Assembly: GCA_963701185.1 (NCBI GenBank)
Contig: OY969569.1
Coordinates: 245,735-309,734, forward strand
Reading direction: 5' to 3'
DNA: 64,000 bases
From: Candidatus Gottesmanbacteria bacterium
GTDB lineage: Bacteria > Patescibacteriota > Microgenomatia > UBA10105 > UBA927
Shown piece after piece: positions 36,519 to 46,136 of the stretch. A model generated the notes under the pieces. The model made no database searches and was not told where the DNA came from. It saw only the letters and a list, made by a program, of their open reading frames with translations. The position numbers and the translations under genes are program-made. Numbering within the stretch: position 1 is the stretch's first letter; every line of letters starts with the position of its first letter.

Positions 36519-37906
36519 TACTTTCCGTTTTCTATCTTATTTCCCGCTGCATCTTTTTAACGAGATACCCGGTTTTTAATGATGAGTCGATATATCTTCG
36601 GGAAGCCTGGATAATGACACACGTTCCGCATCAACTCTGGTTTTCGCTTTCGGACACCGGAAAACAGCCGCTTCTCATCTGGCTCTATGGACTTGCCTGG
36701 CAGGTTATCGGGGATCCGCTCCTTTCCGGGCGCCTGGTGTCCGTGTTCATCGGTTTGACGACGGTATGGGCAGTGTATCTCTTGGGAGGTTGGACTGCGG
36801 GTATTCTTCTGGTTGCGGCTCCGATGTTTGTATTTTTTGACCGGCTTGCATTGGCGGACAGCGCACTGGCGGCGGTGTTTGCATGGCTTTTGGTGGTATT
36901 GGTGAAGCTTCGGAAACGGAATGTCTGCCGTAGCGCAGTTTTTGCCGGCATATTGGTAGGGATAAGTTTTTGGATTAAGTCAACGGGATTTCTTTTCATC
37001 CTGATAACCGTCACAGAATTTGCATATCTCTGGTGGAGTCAAAAAAGGGACATTTCGACCATCCTGGCACTGGTAGTTTTTATTGCTGTCGCCAGTTGGA
37101 TCGGGTTCCCACTCTTTATCCGGCCGGAGGCACTTCGAATTTTTCAAACGGCCCATCTGTATACATATTCTGTTAAAGAACTTATGGCACTTCGTTTTGT
37201 AAACGTGGGACGCAATATTCTGCACGCGTTTATTGACTACACGGCGTATATATCTCCGATTGTTGTCTTAGCATGTATTGTGTCTTTGCGGCATGTGTCC
37301 CACAAAAAACGAATTCTTATAACTGCATGGCTCTTGTCGTTGGCTGTGGTTGTTGTCTTTGGTATAAGTGTTCATGCGCGGTATATACTTTTTACGGCCG
37401 TTCCCGTTATTGTCCTGTCGTCTTTTGTACTCTCCGCCCGCAAGATTCTTCTCGGTATTACCATGGCGTGTATGACCGTTCTGTCCGCAATTCTCATTAT
37501 AGACCCGCCCACATTTTTTCATATATTTCCCGGAACTCATCTGCAGGGTGAATCGTACGGATATGTGGACGGCTGGCCGTCGGGGTATGGTACGAAAGAA
37601 GCATTTGCGGCGATTAATGCGGACCGGCAGGGTGAGCCTGCGATCATTGCAATCCGTTTTGACTCCGGAAATCCGGAGGATGCTATGATTGTGTATGCGA
37701 AAGAGTATCGCAATCTTGCGGTGAAATATCTGGACCCCTGGCAGCCGGAGGCACGCGCAGTTCTTATGGCATCACGGACGCAGCGTGTCTATTTTGTGAC
37801 ACGGCAGGGGCAGTATAATGGATTTGAGCGGTATCTTATCCCGATGGCGCAATTTCTGAAACCGGGCGGTAAAGACAAAGTAGAACTTTTTCGTGTGCGC
37901 ATATGA
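36491..37906 (+). CDS. ArnT/PMT-like (GT39/GT83) membrane glycosyltransferase
   Basis: PVFNDESIY, GKQPL, GRLVSV, FFDRLALAD. Confidence 0.8.
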   Translation: MAQTRKNILILSVFYLISRCIFLTRYPVFNDESIYLREAWIMTHVPHQLWFSLSDTGKQPLLIWLYGLAWQVIGDPLLSGRLVSVFIGLTTVWAVYLLGGWTAGILLVAAPMFVFFDRLALADSALAAVFAWLLVVLVKLRKRNVCRSAVFAGILVGISFWIKSTGFLFILITVTEFAYLWWSQKRDISTILALVVFIAVASWIGFPLFIRPEALRIFQTAHLYTYSVKELMALRFVNVGRNILHAFIDYTAYISPIVVLACIVSLRHVSHKKRILITAWLLSLAVVVVFGISVHARYILFTAVPVIVLSSFVLSARKILLGITMACMTVLSAILIIDPPTFFHIFPGTHLQGESYGYVDGWPSGYGTKEAFAAINADRQGEPAIIAIRFDSGNPEDAMIVYAKEYRNLAVKYLDPWQPEARAVLMASRTQRVYFVTRQGQYNGFERYLIPMAQFLKPGGKDKVELFRVRI

Positions 37907-39000
37907 AGCTGCTAAAATTACTATTTTTGGCCAGTTTACTATTGGGTCAGATCGGCGGTCTATCGCCACTGGCGGGTGTTGTTATCTATATTCATGATAT
38001 CCTTCTGGCGTTTCTTGTCGCTTTTTCAATAAAAAAAATCCACCGGGGAAAATTATTTGTTCCGATTGCCCTTTTCATTGTTTCCTGTCTCCTGTCTCTT
38101 GCCGCAAATAGCACCCGCTTTTCCCTGCCTGAATTATTGACGGGGAGTTTGTATCTCGTCCGCTGGACGTTGTATGCAGCTCTTTATTTCGTGGTCAGTG
38201 ATAATCGTGTTGATGCCAAGTTCTGGCTCCGCAACCTGTTTGCTGTCGGCGTCGGATTTGGAATCATAGGTCTTGTGCAATTTTTCCTGTATCCGGATTT
38301 ACGGAATCTCATGTATCTCGGGTGGGACCCGCATTATTATCGTTTGTTCTCGACGCTTTTGGATCCGAACTTTATGGGGATTATTCTGGTATTCACCATA
38401 CTTATAGGTTTCAGCCTGAAGATAAAACACCGAGTGTGGTTTATATCCGGTCAATTGATTTCGTTTATCGCACTGCTGTTGACGTATTCGCGCAGCAGCT
38501 TTCTTGCATTAGGGGTAGCAATCGTTGTATGGGCTCTTGTGCAAAAACGCTGGACGTTGTGTATCGTTTTAACCGCGTTTGCAGGGCTCGTTCTCATTCT
38601 CCCTCACGGGAACACGCTGAATTTGCTTCGGCCGGATTCCACCTTCGCCCGCGTGGGGAACTGGCAGGAAAGTTTCACAATGATTGCCAAAGCGCCGGTA
38701 TTCGGATACGGGTTCGATACGCTCCGATACGTACGTCCCGTGACCGGAGACTTTGTGTCAAAAGCCGCCTCAGGCGCGGACAGCAGTCTTTTGTTTGTGT
38801 GGGCAACGTCCGGCCTTTTTGGGCTGGCTGCGTATGTGTATCTGTTGATTTCAATGATCAGGATAGGGAAGAAATCCGTTTTATACCTTGCCTGTGTTGC
38901 GGCACTTGTTGTTCACAGTTTATTTGTCAACAGCCTGTTCTATCCGTGGGTGATGATCTGGATGTGGGTGCTTACCGGTGCCGCTATTTATGATACGTGA
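37903..39000 (+). CDS. O-antigen ligase/Wzy-like protein
   Basis: RLFSTLLDPN, LTYSRSS, PVFGYG, GLFG. Confidence 0.8.
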   Translation: MKLLKLLFLASLLLGQIGGLSPLAGVVIYIHDILLAFLVAFSIKKIHRGKLFVPIALFIVSCLLSLAANSTRFSLPELLTGSLYLVRWTLYAALYFVVSDNRVDAKFWLRNLFAVGVGFGIIGLVQFFLYPDLRNLMYLGWDPHYYRLFSTLLDPNFMGIILVFTILIGFSLKIKHRVWFISGQLISFIALLLTYSRSSFLALGVAIVVWALVQKRWTLCIVLTAFAGLVLILPHGNTLNLLRPDSTFARVGNWQESFTMIAKAPVFGYGFDTLRYVRPVTGDFVSKAASGADSSLLFVWATSGLFGLAAYVYLLISMIRIGKKSVLYLACVAALVVHSLFVNSLFYPWVMIWMWVLTGAAIYDT

Positions 39001-39697
39001 CCTTGCGCTGGATGGTCGTCTGATTTCCGGAAGCGTCAGTTGCTACAATCTTAAGAATATTATCCCCCTCGTTTAACGGATAACTGTAGCTGAAGGAATT
39101 GTCGGTTTTAATAACCACCATCCGGTCGTTAATCGTGACCGTGACATTATCGTCCGTCATGCCCGTTACCGTGACCGCATTGGGATCTCCGGTGACCGTC
39201 GAATTATCCGTCGGGTCGCTCACGACGAGTTTTGGCGGAGTGTTGCCGTAATTAACGGACACGATGTTGGACAGGTCGCTCACATTCCCTTTCGTATCCG
39301 TCAGTTTTGCGCTGATGGTATTTGAGCCGTTCACCAGCGGAATGCCTGACAGGATAAACGTTCCGTCCTTCCGGACAGCGGTCTGTTTGAATTCCTTACC
39401 ATTGACATACAGGATGACGGTAAGCTCCGCCTGTCCCTTACCGGTAGCGGAAATAGTTGCGCTGTTGGTGGCGCTCGTCGGCGGGTCGAGAGTCGGCGGC
39501 AGGATGATGGTTTGCGCCTGTTGCGTGGTTGCCGGTGAGCCGCCCCTCAATTTTTCCACCAACAGACTAAATCCGATAAGCGCTTTCACGCCGAAGGCGA
39601 GAATGAGGACGAATATGCCGATGATGCCGACAATAGCAAGAACGAGCCGACGCTTTTCTTTGCGGTCCGACACTCTCGATAATCTTGAATATGCCAT
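38984..39697 (-). CDS. Membrane-anchored protein with two Ig-like domains
   Basis: N-terminal TM; LVNGSNTISA..DTKGN and LNEGDNILKIVATDASGN. Confidence 0.8.
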   Translation of the reverse strand: MAYSRLSRVSDRKEKRRLVLAIVGIIGIFVLILAFGVKALIGFSLLVEKLRGGSPATTQQAQTIILPPTLDPPTSATNSATISATGKGQAELTVILYVNGKEFKQTAVRKDGTFILSGIPLVNGSNTISAKLTDTKGNVSDLSNIVSVNYGNTPPKLVVSDPTDNSTVTGDPNAVTVTGMTDDNVTVTINDRMVVIKTDNSFSYSYPLNEGDNILKIVATDASGNQTTIQRKVTYHK

Positions 39698-39700
39698 ATG

Positions 39701-39771
39701 AGCCTCCTGTCAGAATCGAACTGACATCTACGGTTTACGATACCGCTGCTCTGCCACTGAGCTAAGGAGGC
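39701..39771 (-). tRNA. tRNA-Thr(CGT), CCA not encoded
   Basis: GCCTCCT..GCGGT-ATCGTAA-ACCGT..TTCGATT..AGGAGGCT. Confidence 0.92.
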
Positions 39772-39776
39772 AGTTG

Positions 39777-39847
39777 AGCGGGTGAAGGGAATCGAACCCT
39801 CGTCTCATCCTTGGGAAGGACGTATTCTGCCATTGAACCACACCCGC
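39777..39847 (-). tRNA. tRNA-Gly(CCC), CCA not encoded
   Basis: GCGGGTG..CGTCC-TTCCCAA-GGATG..TTCGATT..CACCCGCT. Confidence 0.93.
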
Positions 39848-39882
39848 AAATGAAAAAAGCGTAAGGCCTTTTTCATTATACC

Positions 39883-40428
39883 TCAAGGCATCACCAGGAC
39901 GTTTCCCGGATGGATGATCCCCGGATTTTCAAGTTTATTTGCTGATGCTATATCAACCCATCTGTACCCGTTGCTATATTCTTTAAGCGCTATGTTCCAC
40001 AAATCGTCTCCTGCCACCACGGTATAGCTGGCATCTTTTGCTTTGTCGGTTATCGATGCGGCGGAAATTGCAGGAGTTGCAACTCCTTTGGGTGCCACAT
40101 CCGGGATTGTCAGGGTAGTTCCCGCCTCGATAAGGTCAGGGTTACCCACATTGTTCGCATCCCGAATATCTACCCAGTTATAGCCGCTCTTGTAATACGT
40201 TGTTGAAATTGTCCAAAGCGATTCACCGGCTGCTACGGTATGTTTTGCAGGAAGAGACGTTGATCCGTTTGTTTGTTCAGCCGCTTTCTGGGTGGTTGCC
40301 GCCGATTGTGTTCTGGATTTGACGTAATTGACGATTGTCATACCGATCACCAATACGACTGCCAATCCCAAGATGAGAGATACGATAGAATCGGTTGAAT
40401 CAAATTTCTTAACCAGTGTTTTCCACAT
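39883..40428 (-). CDS. Membrane-anchored protein with two LysM domains
   Basis: HTVAAGESLWTIS..NPDLIEAG and YTVVAGDDLWNIA..NPGIIHPG. Confidence 0.92.
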   Translation of the reverse strand: MWKTLVKKFDSTDSIVSLILGLAVVLVIGMTIVNYVKSRTQSAATTQKAAEQTNGSTSLPAKHTVAAGESLWTISTTYYKSGYNWVDIRDANNVGNPDLIEAGTTLTIPDVAPKGVATPAISAASITDKAKDASYTVVAGDDLWNIALKEYSNGYRWVDIASANKLENPGIIHPGNVLVMP

Positions 40429-40473
40429 GTCGTGTTTCCTCCGTTCCAGGCAGATGTGAATGAGCAGTAATGA

Positions 40474-40551
40474 TGGCGGGACCGACCGGGTTCGGACCGG
40501 CGACCTTCTCCTTGACAGGGAGACGCTCTAACCAGGCTGAGCTACGATCCC
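40474..40551 (-). tRNA. tRNA-Asp(GTC), CCA encoded
   Basis: GGGATCG..TCTCC-CTGTCAA-GGAGA..CGGTCCCGCCA; T-loop TCCGAAC. Confidence 0.9.
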
Positions 40552-40594
40552 AAACAACTTGGTCAATTATACTAAATATGGTACGCTAATCAAA

Positions 40595-42346
40595 ATGACC
40601 AATCTTGAGATAGCGGAATTACTTCGAAGAGTCGCTGCGGCGTATGAAATCCTCGGTGAAAACAGATTCCGTATTATCGCCTACGAACGTGCGGCCGACA
40701 GCATTGAACACCTCACGAGCGAGCTCAAGGATTACTGGGATGATAAGAAGCTGACTGAGATCCCCGGAGTCGGCGAGACGCTTGCTTCCCATTTAGATGA
40801 GTTATTCCGGACCGGACATTCGAAACATTTCGACAGTGTGATGGCCAAACTCCCGGCTGCCGTGTTTCCGCTGCTTCTTGTGCCCGGTATCGGGCCCAAA
40901 AAAGCGTATAAGTTAGTTCAGATATTAAAGCTATTGAACGAAAAAACCGTCATCAATGATCTTGAAAAAGCTGCAAAACAGCACAAAATAGCCCCGATAG
41001 AAGGTTTTGGTGAGAAATCTGAAAAGCTCATCCTTGCCAATATCGAAATATACAGAAAAGGCCAAATTAAAGAAAATCGTATGGCACTGCCGATCGCCGA
41101 CAGTATCGCCGCCGATATTATCGCTTTCTTAAAGAAATTACCTTCAGCCAAACGTGTCGACGCTTTGGGAAGCCTCCGTCGTCAGGTATCAACGATTGGA
41201 GATATAGACATCGCAGTCGCAACAACAAATCCGAAGGAAATCCTTGCCCATTTTCTGACGTACCCGCACGAGGAGATTATTGAGGAAGGTCCCACCGGTG
41301 CCTCTGTGCGGCTCCATAACGGGCGTCAGGTAGATCTCCGGGTCCAGAAGCCGGAACTTTACGGAGCAATGCTCCAGTATTTTACCGGAGGAAAAAATCA
41401 TAACATTGCGCTCCGGTCCTTTGCCCTGTCGCGGGGCTTATCACTCAATGAATACGGCATCAAACACGTTTCGAGCGGTAAAGTGGACGGCTTTGCTTCA
41501 GAAGAATCTTTCTATAAAGCCATAGGTCTTAAGTTTATCCCCCCGGAATTGCGGGAGGATAAAGGGGAAATTGCCGCAGCCAGTGAGCACAAACTCCCAC
41601 ATCTGGTTGAGCTTCCGGATATTAAAGGAGACCTTCATATTCATACGAATTATGATTTGGAACCGTCGCATGATATCGGTGCAAATTCGTTCTCCGATTA
41701 TCTGGATCGCGCGGCGGCATTGGGATATGAGTACATCGGTATAAGCGATCACAATCCGAGTATCGCAAACCACTCGGAACAACAAATTATTGAAATCATG
41801 AAGCGCCGTAAAGATGCATATGAGCACAAATATTCCTCACGAATACATTATGTACTCTTATGTGAGGTAGATATCCTTCCGGACGGGAAATTAGCGTTGC
41901 CTGAGGGAGCGTTTGCATATGTCGACGGCGTGATCGCTTCTTTGCATTCAAGTTTTACTCAGGACCGAAAGACGGTGACGAAACGGATTATTACCGGACT
42001 TACCGGAAATCCGAAAGTCCGGATATTCGGTCATCCTACCGCGCGGCTACTTGGGAGCCGGGAAGGAGTGGATGCTGATTGGAAGGAAGTTTTTGCCGTG
42101 TGCAAAGAACATGATATCGCACTTGAAATCAATGCCGGGCCCGGACGCCTGGATCTGCCTGATACGCTCGTTTATGATGCGGTGAAAGAAAAACTAAAAT
42201 TCGCAATCGGCACGGATGCACACGCGGTTGCCGGCATGGATCTCATGAAATACGGCGTATCAGTAGCCCGCCGCGGATGGGCAACAAAACATGACATTGT
42301 CAATTGCTTGCAGTATAATGAATTTCGGAGGTGGCTATGCAAATAA
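40595..42346 (+). CDS. polX: DNA polymerase X with PHP domain
   Basis: GSLRR, GDID, YFTG, LNEYG; PHP HIHT, SDH, GHP, TDAH. Confidence 0.95.
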   Translation: MTNLEIAELLRRVAAAYEILGENRFRIIAYERAADSIEHLTSELKDYWDDKKLTEIPGVGETLASHLDELFRTGHSKHFDSVMAKLPAAVFPLLLVPGIGPKKAYKLVQILKLLNEKTVINDLEKAAKQHKIAPIEGFGEKSEKLILANIEIYRKGQIKENRMALPIADSIAADIIAFLKKLPSAKRVDALGSLRRQVSTIGDIDIAVATTNPKEILAHFLTYPHEEIIEEGPTGASVRLHNGRQVDLRVQKPELYGAMLQYFTGGKNHNIALRSFALSRGLSLNEYGIKHVSSGKVDGFASEESFYKAIGLKFIPPELREDKGEIAAASEHKLPHLVELPDIKGDLHIHTNYDLEPSHDIGANSFSDYLDRAAALGYEYIGISDHNPSIANHSEQQIIEIMKRRKDAYEHKYSSRIHYVLLCEVDILPDGKLALPEGAFAYVDGVIASLHSSFTQDRKTVTKRIITGLTGNPKVRIFGHPTARLLGSREGVDADWKEVFAVCKEHDIALEINAGPGRLDLPDTLVYDAVKEKLKFAIGTDAHAVAGMDLMKYGVSVARRGWATKHDIVNCLQYNEFRRWLCK

Positions 42347-42891
42347 TTTGGATACTTATTGGTGTCGTTGGTGTTTTAGTCGTATATGTCTGGTCTTTGT
42401 ACAACGGGCTGGTAACGCTGAAAATGCGCATTGATGAAGCGTGGAGTCAGATCGACGTGCAGCTCAAGCGCCGCGCTGATCTTATCCCGAACCTCGTGGA
42501 GACGGTTAAAGGGTATGCAAAACATGAAAAAACCATTATGGATTCTGTAACCCGCGCGCGTGCATCAATGCTTTCGGCTAAATCAATGGATTCCAAAGCC
42601 AAAGCGAGCGACGCGCTTTCCGGCGCGCTCGGAAAACTGTTGGCGATTGCGGAAAATTATCCGCAGCTCAAAGCAAACGACAGTTTTATCCAACTCCAGA
42701 AAGAGCTTTCGGATACGGAGGATAAGGTGGCGTATTCCCGTCAGTATTACAATAGTTCCGTTTTGGAATTTAATACAAAGATCCAGGTATTTCCCAATTC
42801 CATGCTGGCATCAGGATTAGGATTCAGCGGTAAGGAATTCTTCGGGGCCAGTGAAGCGGACCGGCAGCCGGCGAAGGTGAAGTTCGAATAA
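42337..42891 (+). CDS. lemA: LemA family protein
   Basis: AWSQIDVQLKRRADLIPNLV, ENYPQLKA. Confidence 0.95.
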   Translation: MQIIWILIGVVGVLVVYVWSLYNGLVTLKMRIDEAWSQIDVQLKRRADLIPNLVETVKGYAKHEKTIMDSVTRARASMLSAKSMDSKAKASDALSGALGKLLAIAENYPQLKANDSFIQLQKELSDTEDKVAYSRQYYNSSVLEFNTKIQVFPNSMLASGLGFSGKEFFGASEADRQPAKVKFE

Positions 42892-42896
42892 TGTTG

Positions 42897-42979
42897 TTTG
42901 TCATCCCCGCGCATGCGGGGATCTGCCTTTTTTTCCGAAAATACCAAAACCGATTCCCGATCAGGTCGGGAATGACAAA
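42897..42979. repeat. REP/dRS3-like double-hairpin intergenic element
   Basis: TTTGTCAT..ATGACAAA termini; inner ATCCCCGC-GCAT-GCGGGGAT and ATTCCCGA-TCAGG-TCGGGAAT. Confidence 0.8.
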
Positions 42980-42985
42980 TAGACT

Positions 42986-43885
42986 ATGACCATCTCTTCT
43001 CAGATCAATTCCAATGTTATAAAGACTTATATATTTATGACGCTGTTTGTGGCGTTTGTGGTACTGGCTTCCTACGTCATGGGCAATGCGCTCGGGTACG
43101 GGAATTCCTGGATGATTATTGCGGTGCTGTTTTCCGTGATTTCCAGTCTTGTCAGCTACTATTGGGGTGCGGATATGGTTCTGGCAATGTCCCACGCGCG
43201 GCCCGCCGACCGCCAGCGCGACTTTGATTTTTTTACTGTCGCGGAAAATCTTGCGATTGCCGCAGGTATTCCAAAACCCAAATTATATGTCATAGACGAT
43301 ACGGCGATGAACGCATTCGCCACCGGCCGCGACCCCCAGCATGCCGTCGTTTGCGCCACGAGCGGTATTCTTTCGCGTCTGGAGAGGCGGGAACTGGAAG
43401 GGGTTATCGCCCATGAACTTTCCCATATTAAAAACTTCGATACGCGGCTTATGGCGGTTGTTGCGGTGCTTGTGGGTTCTGTCGCATTTTTGGCAGACAT
43501 GTTTATGCGGACGCTCTGGTGGGGCGGCGGGCGCAGGAGTAGGGATAATGATAATAATCTTGGCGGGATTCTTATGATCGCGGGTATCGTATTAGCCATT
43601 TTATCGCCGATTATCGCCACACTGATCCAGCTTGCTGTGTCGCGGAAACGCGAGTATCTTGCCGACGCGTCGGGTGCGCTGCTGACTCGATATCCCGAAG
43701 GCCTTGCGCGGGCACTGGAAAAAATATCGAAAGATAAGGAAGTCCTGGAGGCGGCAACAAATGCGACGGCGCACTTATTTATTGCCAACCCGTTCAAAGG
43801 AAAAAATTTCGGCGCCTGGTTCTCCAGCATGTTCGATACCCACCCGCCGATTGCCGAGCGGATAAAAATTTTACGCGCATTATGA
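42986..43885 (+). CDS. htpX: HtpX M48 zinc metalloprotease
   Basis: NAFATG, HELSH, SRKREYLAD, THPP. Confidence 0.95.
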   Translation: MTISSQINSNVIKTYIFMTLFVAFVVLASYVMGNALGYGNSWMIIAVLFSVISSLVSYYWGADMVLAMSHARPADRQRDFDFFTVAENLAIAAGIPKPKLYVIDDTAMNAFATGRDPQHAVVCATSGILSRLERRELEGVIAHELSHIKNFDTRLMAVVAVLVGSVAFLADMFMRTLWWGGGRRSRDNDNNLGGILMIAGIVLAILSPIIATLIQLAVSRKREYLADASGALLTRYPEGLARALEKISKDKEVLEAATNATAHLFIANPFKGKNFGAWFSSMFDTHPPIAERIKILRAL

Positions 43886-45099
43886 ACCTTCGGACAAAGC
43901 TAGCCATGGTGGCAGGAAAATTAGTTTCTTTTGTGAGCACAACGTTCCGCTTAGGAGCAGGTGCAACGTGGCCGGGGGAAATAGCACTCCGGATACAACC
44001 CCGTATTCTTCATATTCTGGCGCGACGGAAACGCATTATTCTGGTTGCAGGCACGAATGGAAAAACGACAACCGTTAAAATGATTAAAACCATTCTCGGA
44101 AAAGACGCCGTTTCCAATACCTCGGGAGCTAATCTTGATAACGGCCTTATGTCCACGTTTATCCGGTACCCGAACGCCGGGTATTATATTTTTGAAGTCG
44201 ATGAGGCAACATTACCGAATGTTCTGAAGGATCTTACCCCGGAGGTTATAGTACTGACCAATCTCTTCCGCGACCAGCTGGATCGCTACGGGGAGGTGGA
44301 TACCATTGCCGAGAAGTGGCTCGTGGCACTCGGAGGGATAGAGCGCCAGACCAATGTTATCGTCAATAGCGACGATCCCCACCTCGCCTTTATCGGATCC
44401 AAAATTACGGCGCCCGTGAAATACTTCGGATTGGAAGATCCGTCATTATTTTTGCCCAAAATGCAGCATGCAACGGATACGATTTATTGCCCCAACTGCG
44501 GCGCGCGTCTTACGTTTGCGGGTGTGTACTATTCGCATTTAGGCAAATGGGCTTGCGGGACATGTTCATTCGTCCCTCCGAAAGAAGATATGATCGCAGC
44601 GGATATCGTAAGTCCTTTGGAGGGCGTGTATAACATCTATAATACTCTTGCTGCGGCGCTTACCGCGGAAACTGTCGGTATGAGTAAGGAAAAAATACGT
44701 GAAGGGTTAAAAAAATTCACCCCTGCATTTGGCAGAATGGAACGAATAGGGAATATAACGATTTTACTATCAAAAAACCCAACTGGTTTTAATGAATCCT
44801 TGCGCACTGTTGCACAGTCGAAAGATAAAGCACCGATATTTCTTGTTTTAAACGACAGAATTCCAGATGGGCGGGATGTTTCATGGATTTGGGACGTCGA
44901 TTTTGAAGCGTATCGGAAGTTTCCAAAATATTACGTCAGCGGGGACAGGGCACTCGATATGGCGCTGCGGTTAAAATACGCGGGGATTCAATCAACAATC
45001 GTTGAGGATATTCCTCACGAAAATACGTTGTGGATTTTGCCCACGTATTCAGCAATGCTTGAAATACGAAAAAAACTTACGGGGAGAAAAATACTATGA
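43882..45099 (+). CDS. murT: Lipid II isoglutaminyl synthase subunit MurT
   Basis: GTNGKTTT, NLFRDQLDRYGE, CPNC zinc ribbon, DGRDVSWIWD. Confidence 0.9.
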   Translation: MNLRTKLAMVAGKLVSFVSTTFRLGAGATWPGEIALRIQPRILHILARRKRIILVAGTNGKTTTVKMIKTILGKDAVSNTSGANLDNGLMSTFIRYPNAGYYIFEVDEATLPNVLKDLTPEVIVLTNLFRDQLDRYGEVDTIAEKWLVALGGIERQTNVIVNSDDPHLAFIGSKITAPVKYFGLEDPSLFLPKMQHATDTIYCPNCGARLTFAGVYYSHLGKWACGTCSFVPPKEDMIAADIVSPLEGVYNIYNTLAAALTAETVGMSKEKIREGLKKFTPAFGRMERIGNITILLSKNPTGFNESLRTVAQSKDKAPIFLVLNDRIPDGRDVSWIWDVDFEAYRKFPKYYVSGDRALDMALRLKYAGIQSTIVEDIPHENTLWILPTYSAMLEIRKKLTGRKIL

Positions 45100-45818
45100 A
45101 AGTAACAATAGGCTGGTTATATCCGGAACTGATGAGTACCTACGGAGACCGTGGCAATATTATCGTTCTGACCAAGCGGTGTGAATGGCGGGGAATTAAG
45201 GTTACTGTATTGCCCATTGCTTTCAAAACAACCGATAAAGACATTGAGTCGTGCGATATCATATTCGGAGGCGGGGCACAGGACCGTCAGCAGGGGATTC
45301 TTATTGATGACCTGCGGCAGAAAGGACCGATCCTCAAAAAAATGTTCGGGCGGGGGATTCCGGGATTATTCGTCTGCGGCGCGCCGCAACTATTAGGTCA
45401 CTACTATATGACTGGGGACGGAAAAAAGCTTGAAGGCTTGGGAATATTCGATATGGTAAGCAAGCATGCCGGTACACGATGTATTGGAAACACGGTTGCA
45501 AAATTACCGGACGGAAAGACAATAGTTGGATTCGAGAACCACGGAGGCCGGACATATCTTGGTAAAGGAGTTAAACCCTTTGCCAAAGTTATCAAAGGTT
45601 GTGGAAATAACGGAAAAGACGGGACGGAAGGGGCGGTCTACAAAAACTGCATCGCCACCTACTCCCACGGCCCGTTTCTGCCGAAAAACCCCCACATCGC
45701 CGACAGGCTGATTTCCACAGCACTGGAAATAAAATACAAAAGGAAAATTTCACTGAAACCTCTCGATGACTCATTGGAATGGCAAGCCCACGACGCAATA
45801 CTGCAGCGGTTTACTTAA
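45096..45818 (+). CDS. gatD: Lipid II amidotransferase glutaminase subunit GatD
   Basis: LYPELMSTYGDRGN, GGAQD, VCG, GFENHGG, HGP. Confidence 0.9.
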   Translation: MKVTIGWLYPELMSTYGDRGNIIVLTKRCEWRGIKVTVLPIAFKTTDKDIESCDIIFGGGAQDRQQGILIDDLRQKGPILKKMFGRGIPGLFVCGAPQLLGHYYMTGDGKKLEGLGIFDMVSKHAGTRCIGNTVAKLPDGKTIVGFENHGGRTYLGKGVKPFAKVIKGCGNNGKDGTEGAVYKNCIATYSHGPFLPKNPHIADRLISTALEIKYKRKISLKPLDDSLEWQAHDAILQRFT

Positions 45819-46098
45819 TCCCCACAAAATCGATTTTGCGATAGACTTTGCGGATTTCGTCCCAGAATTTTTGGGAGAGATTGCTCGAAAACTTTCCGTA
45901 CTGGCCTGATTCAGTTTTTCCGCAGAGAATCCGCTCATATTCACGGATAACGTCCAATACTTCCGAGCCGATTTGGTTAAACCGGGCCTTATTCATATCG
46001 GGGTTGAGGACAAATGCATCGTGGACAGCAGTAAAATTATCAAACAGCTCTTTATTTTCATCAATCATCCGTTGAAACATCGTCTGATATTTTTGCAT
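45811..46098 (-). CDS. Hypothetical protein
   Basis: Clean ORF with TATAAT 6 nt upstream of the ATG. Confidence 0.7.
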   Translation of the reverse strand: MQKYQTMFQRMIDENKELFDNFTAVHDAFVLNPDMNKARFNQIGSEVLDVIREYERILCGKTESGQYGKFSSNLSQKFWDEIRKVYRKIDFVGIK

Positions 46099-46136
46099 AG
46101 ACCGATTATAGCAAATGTTCTATAATGGCGGTATCT

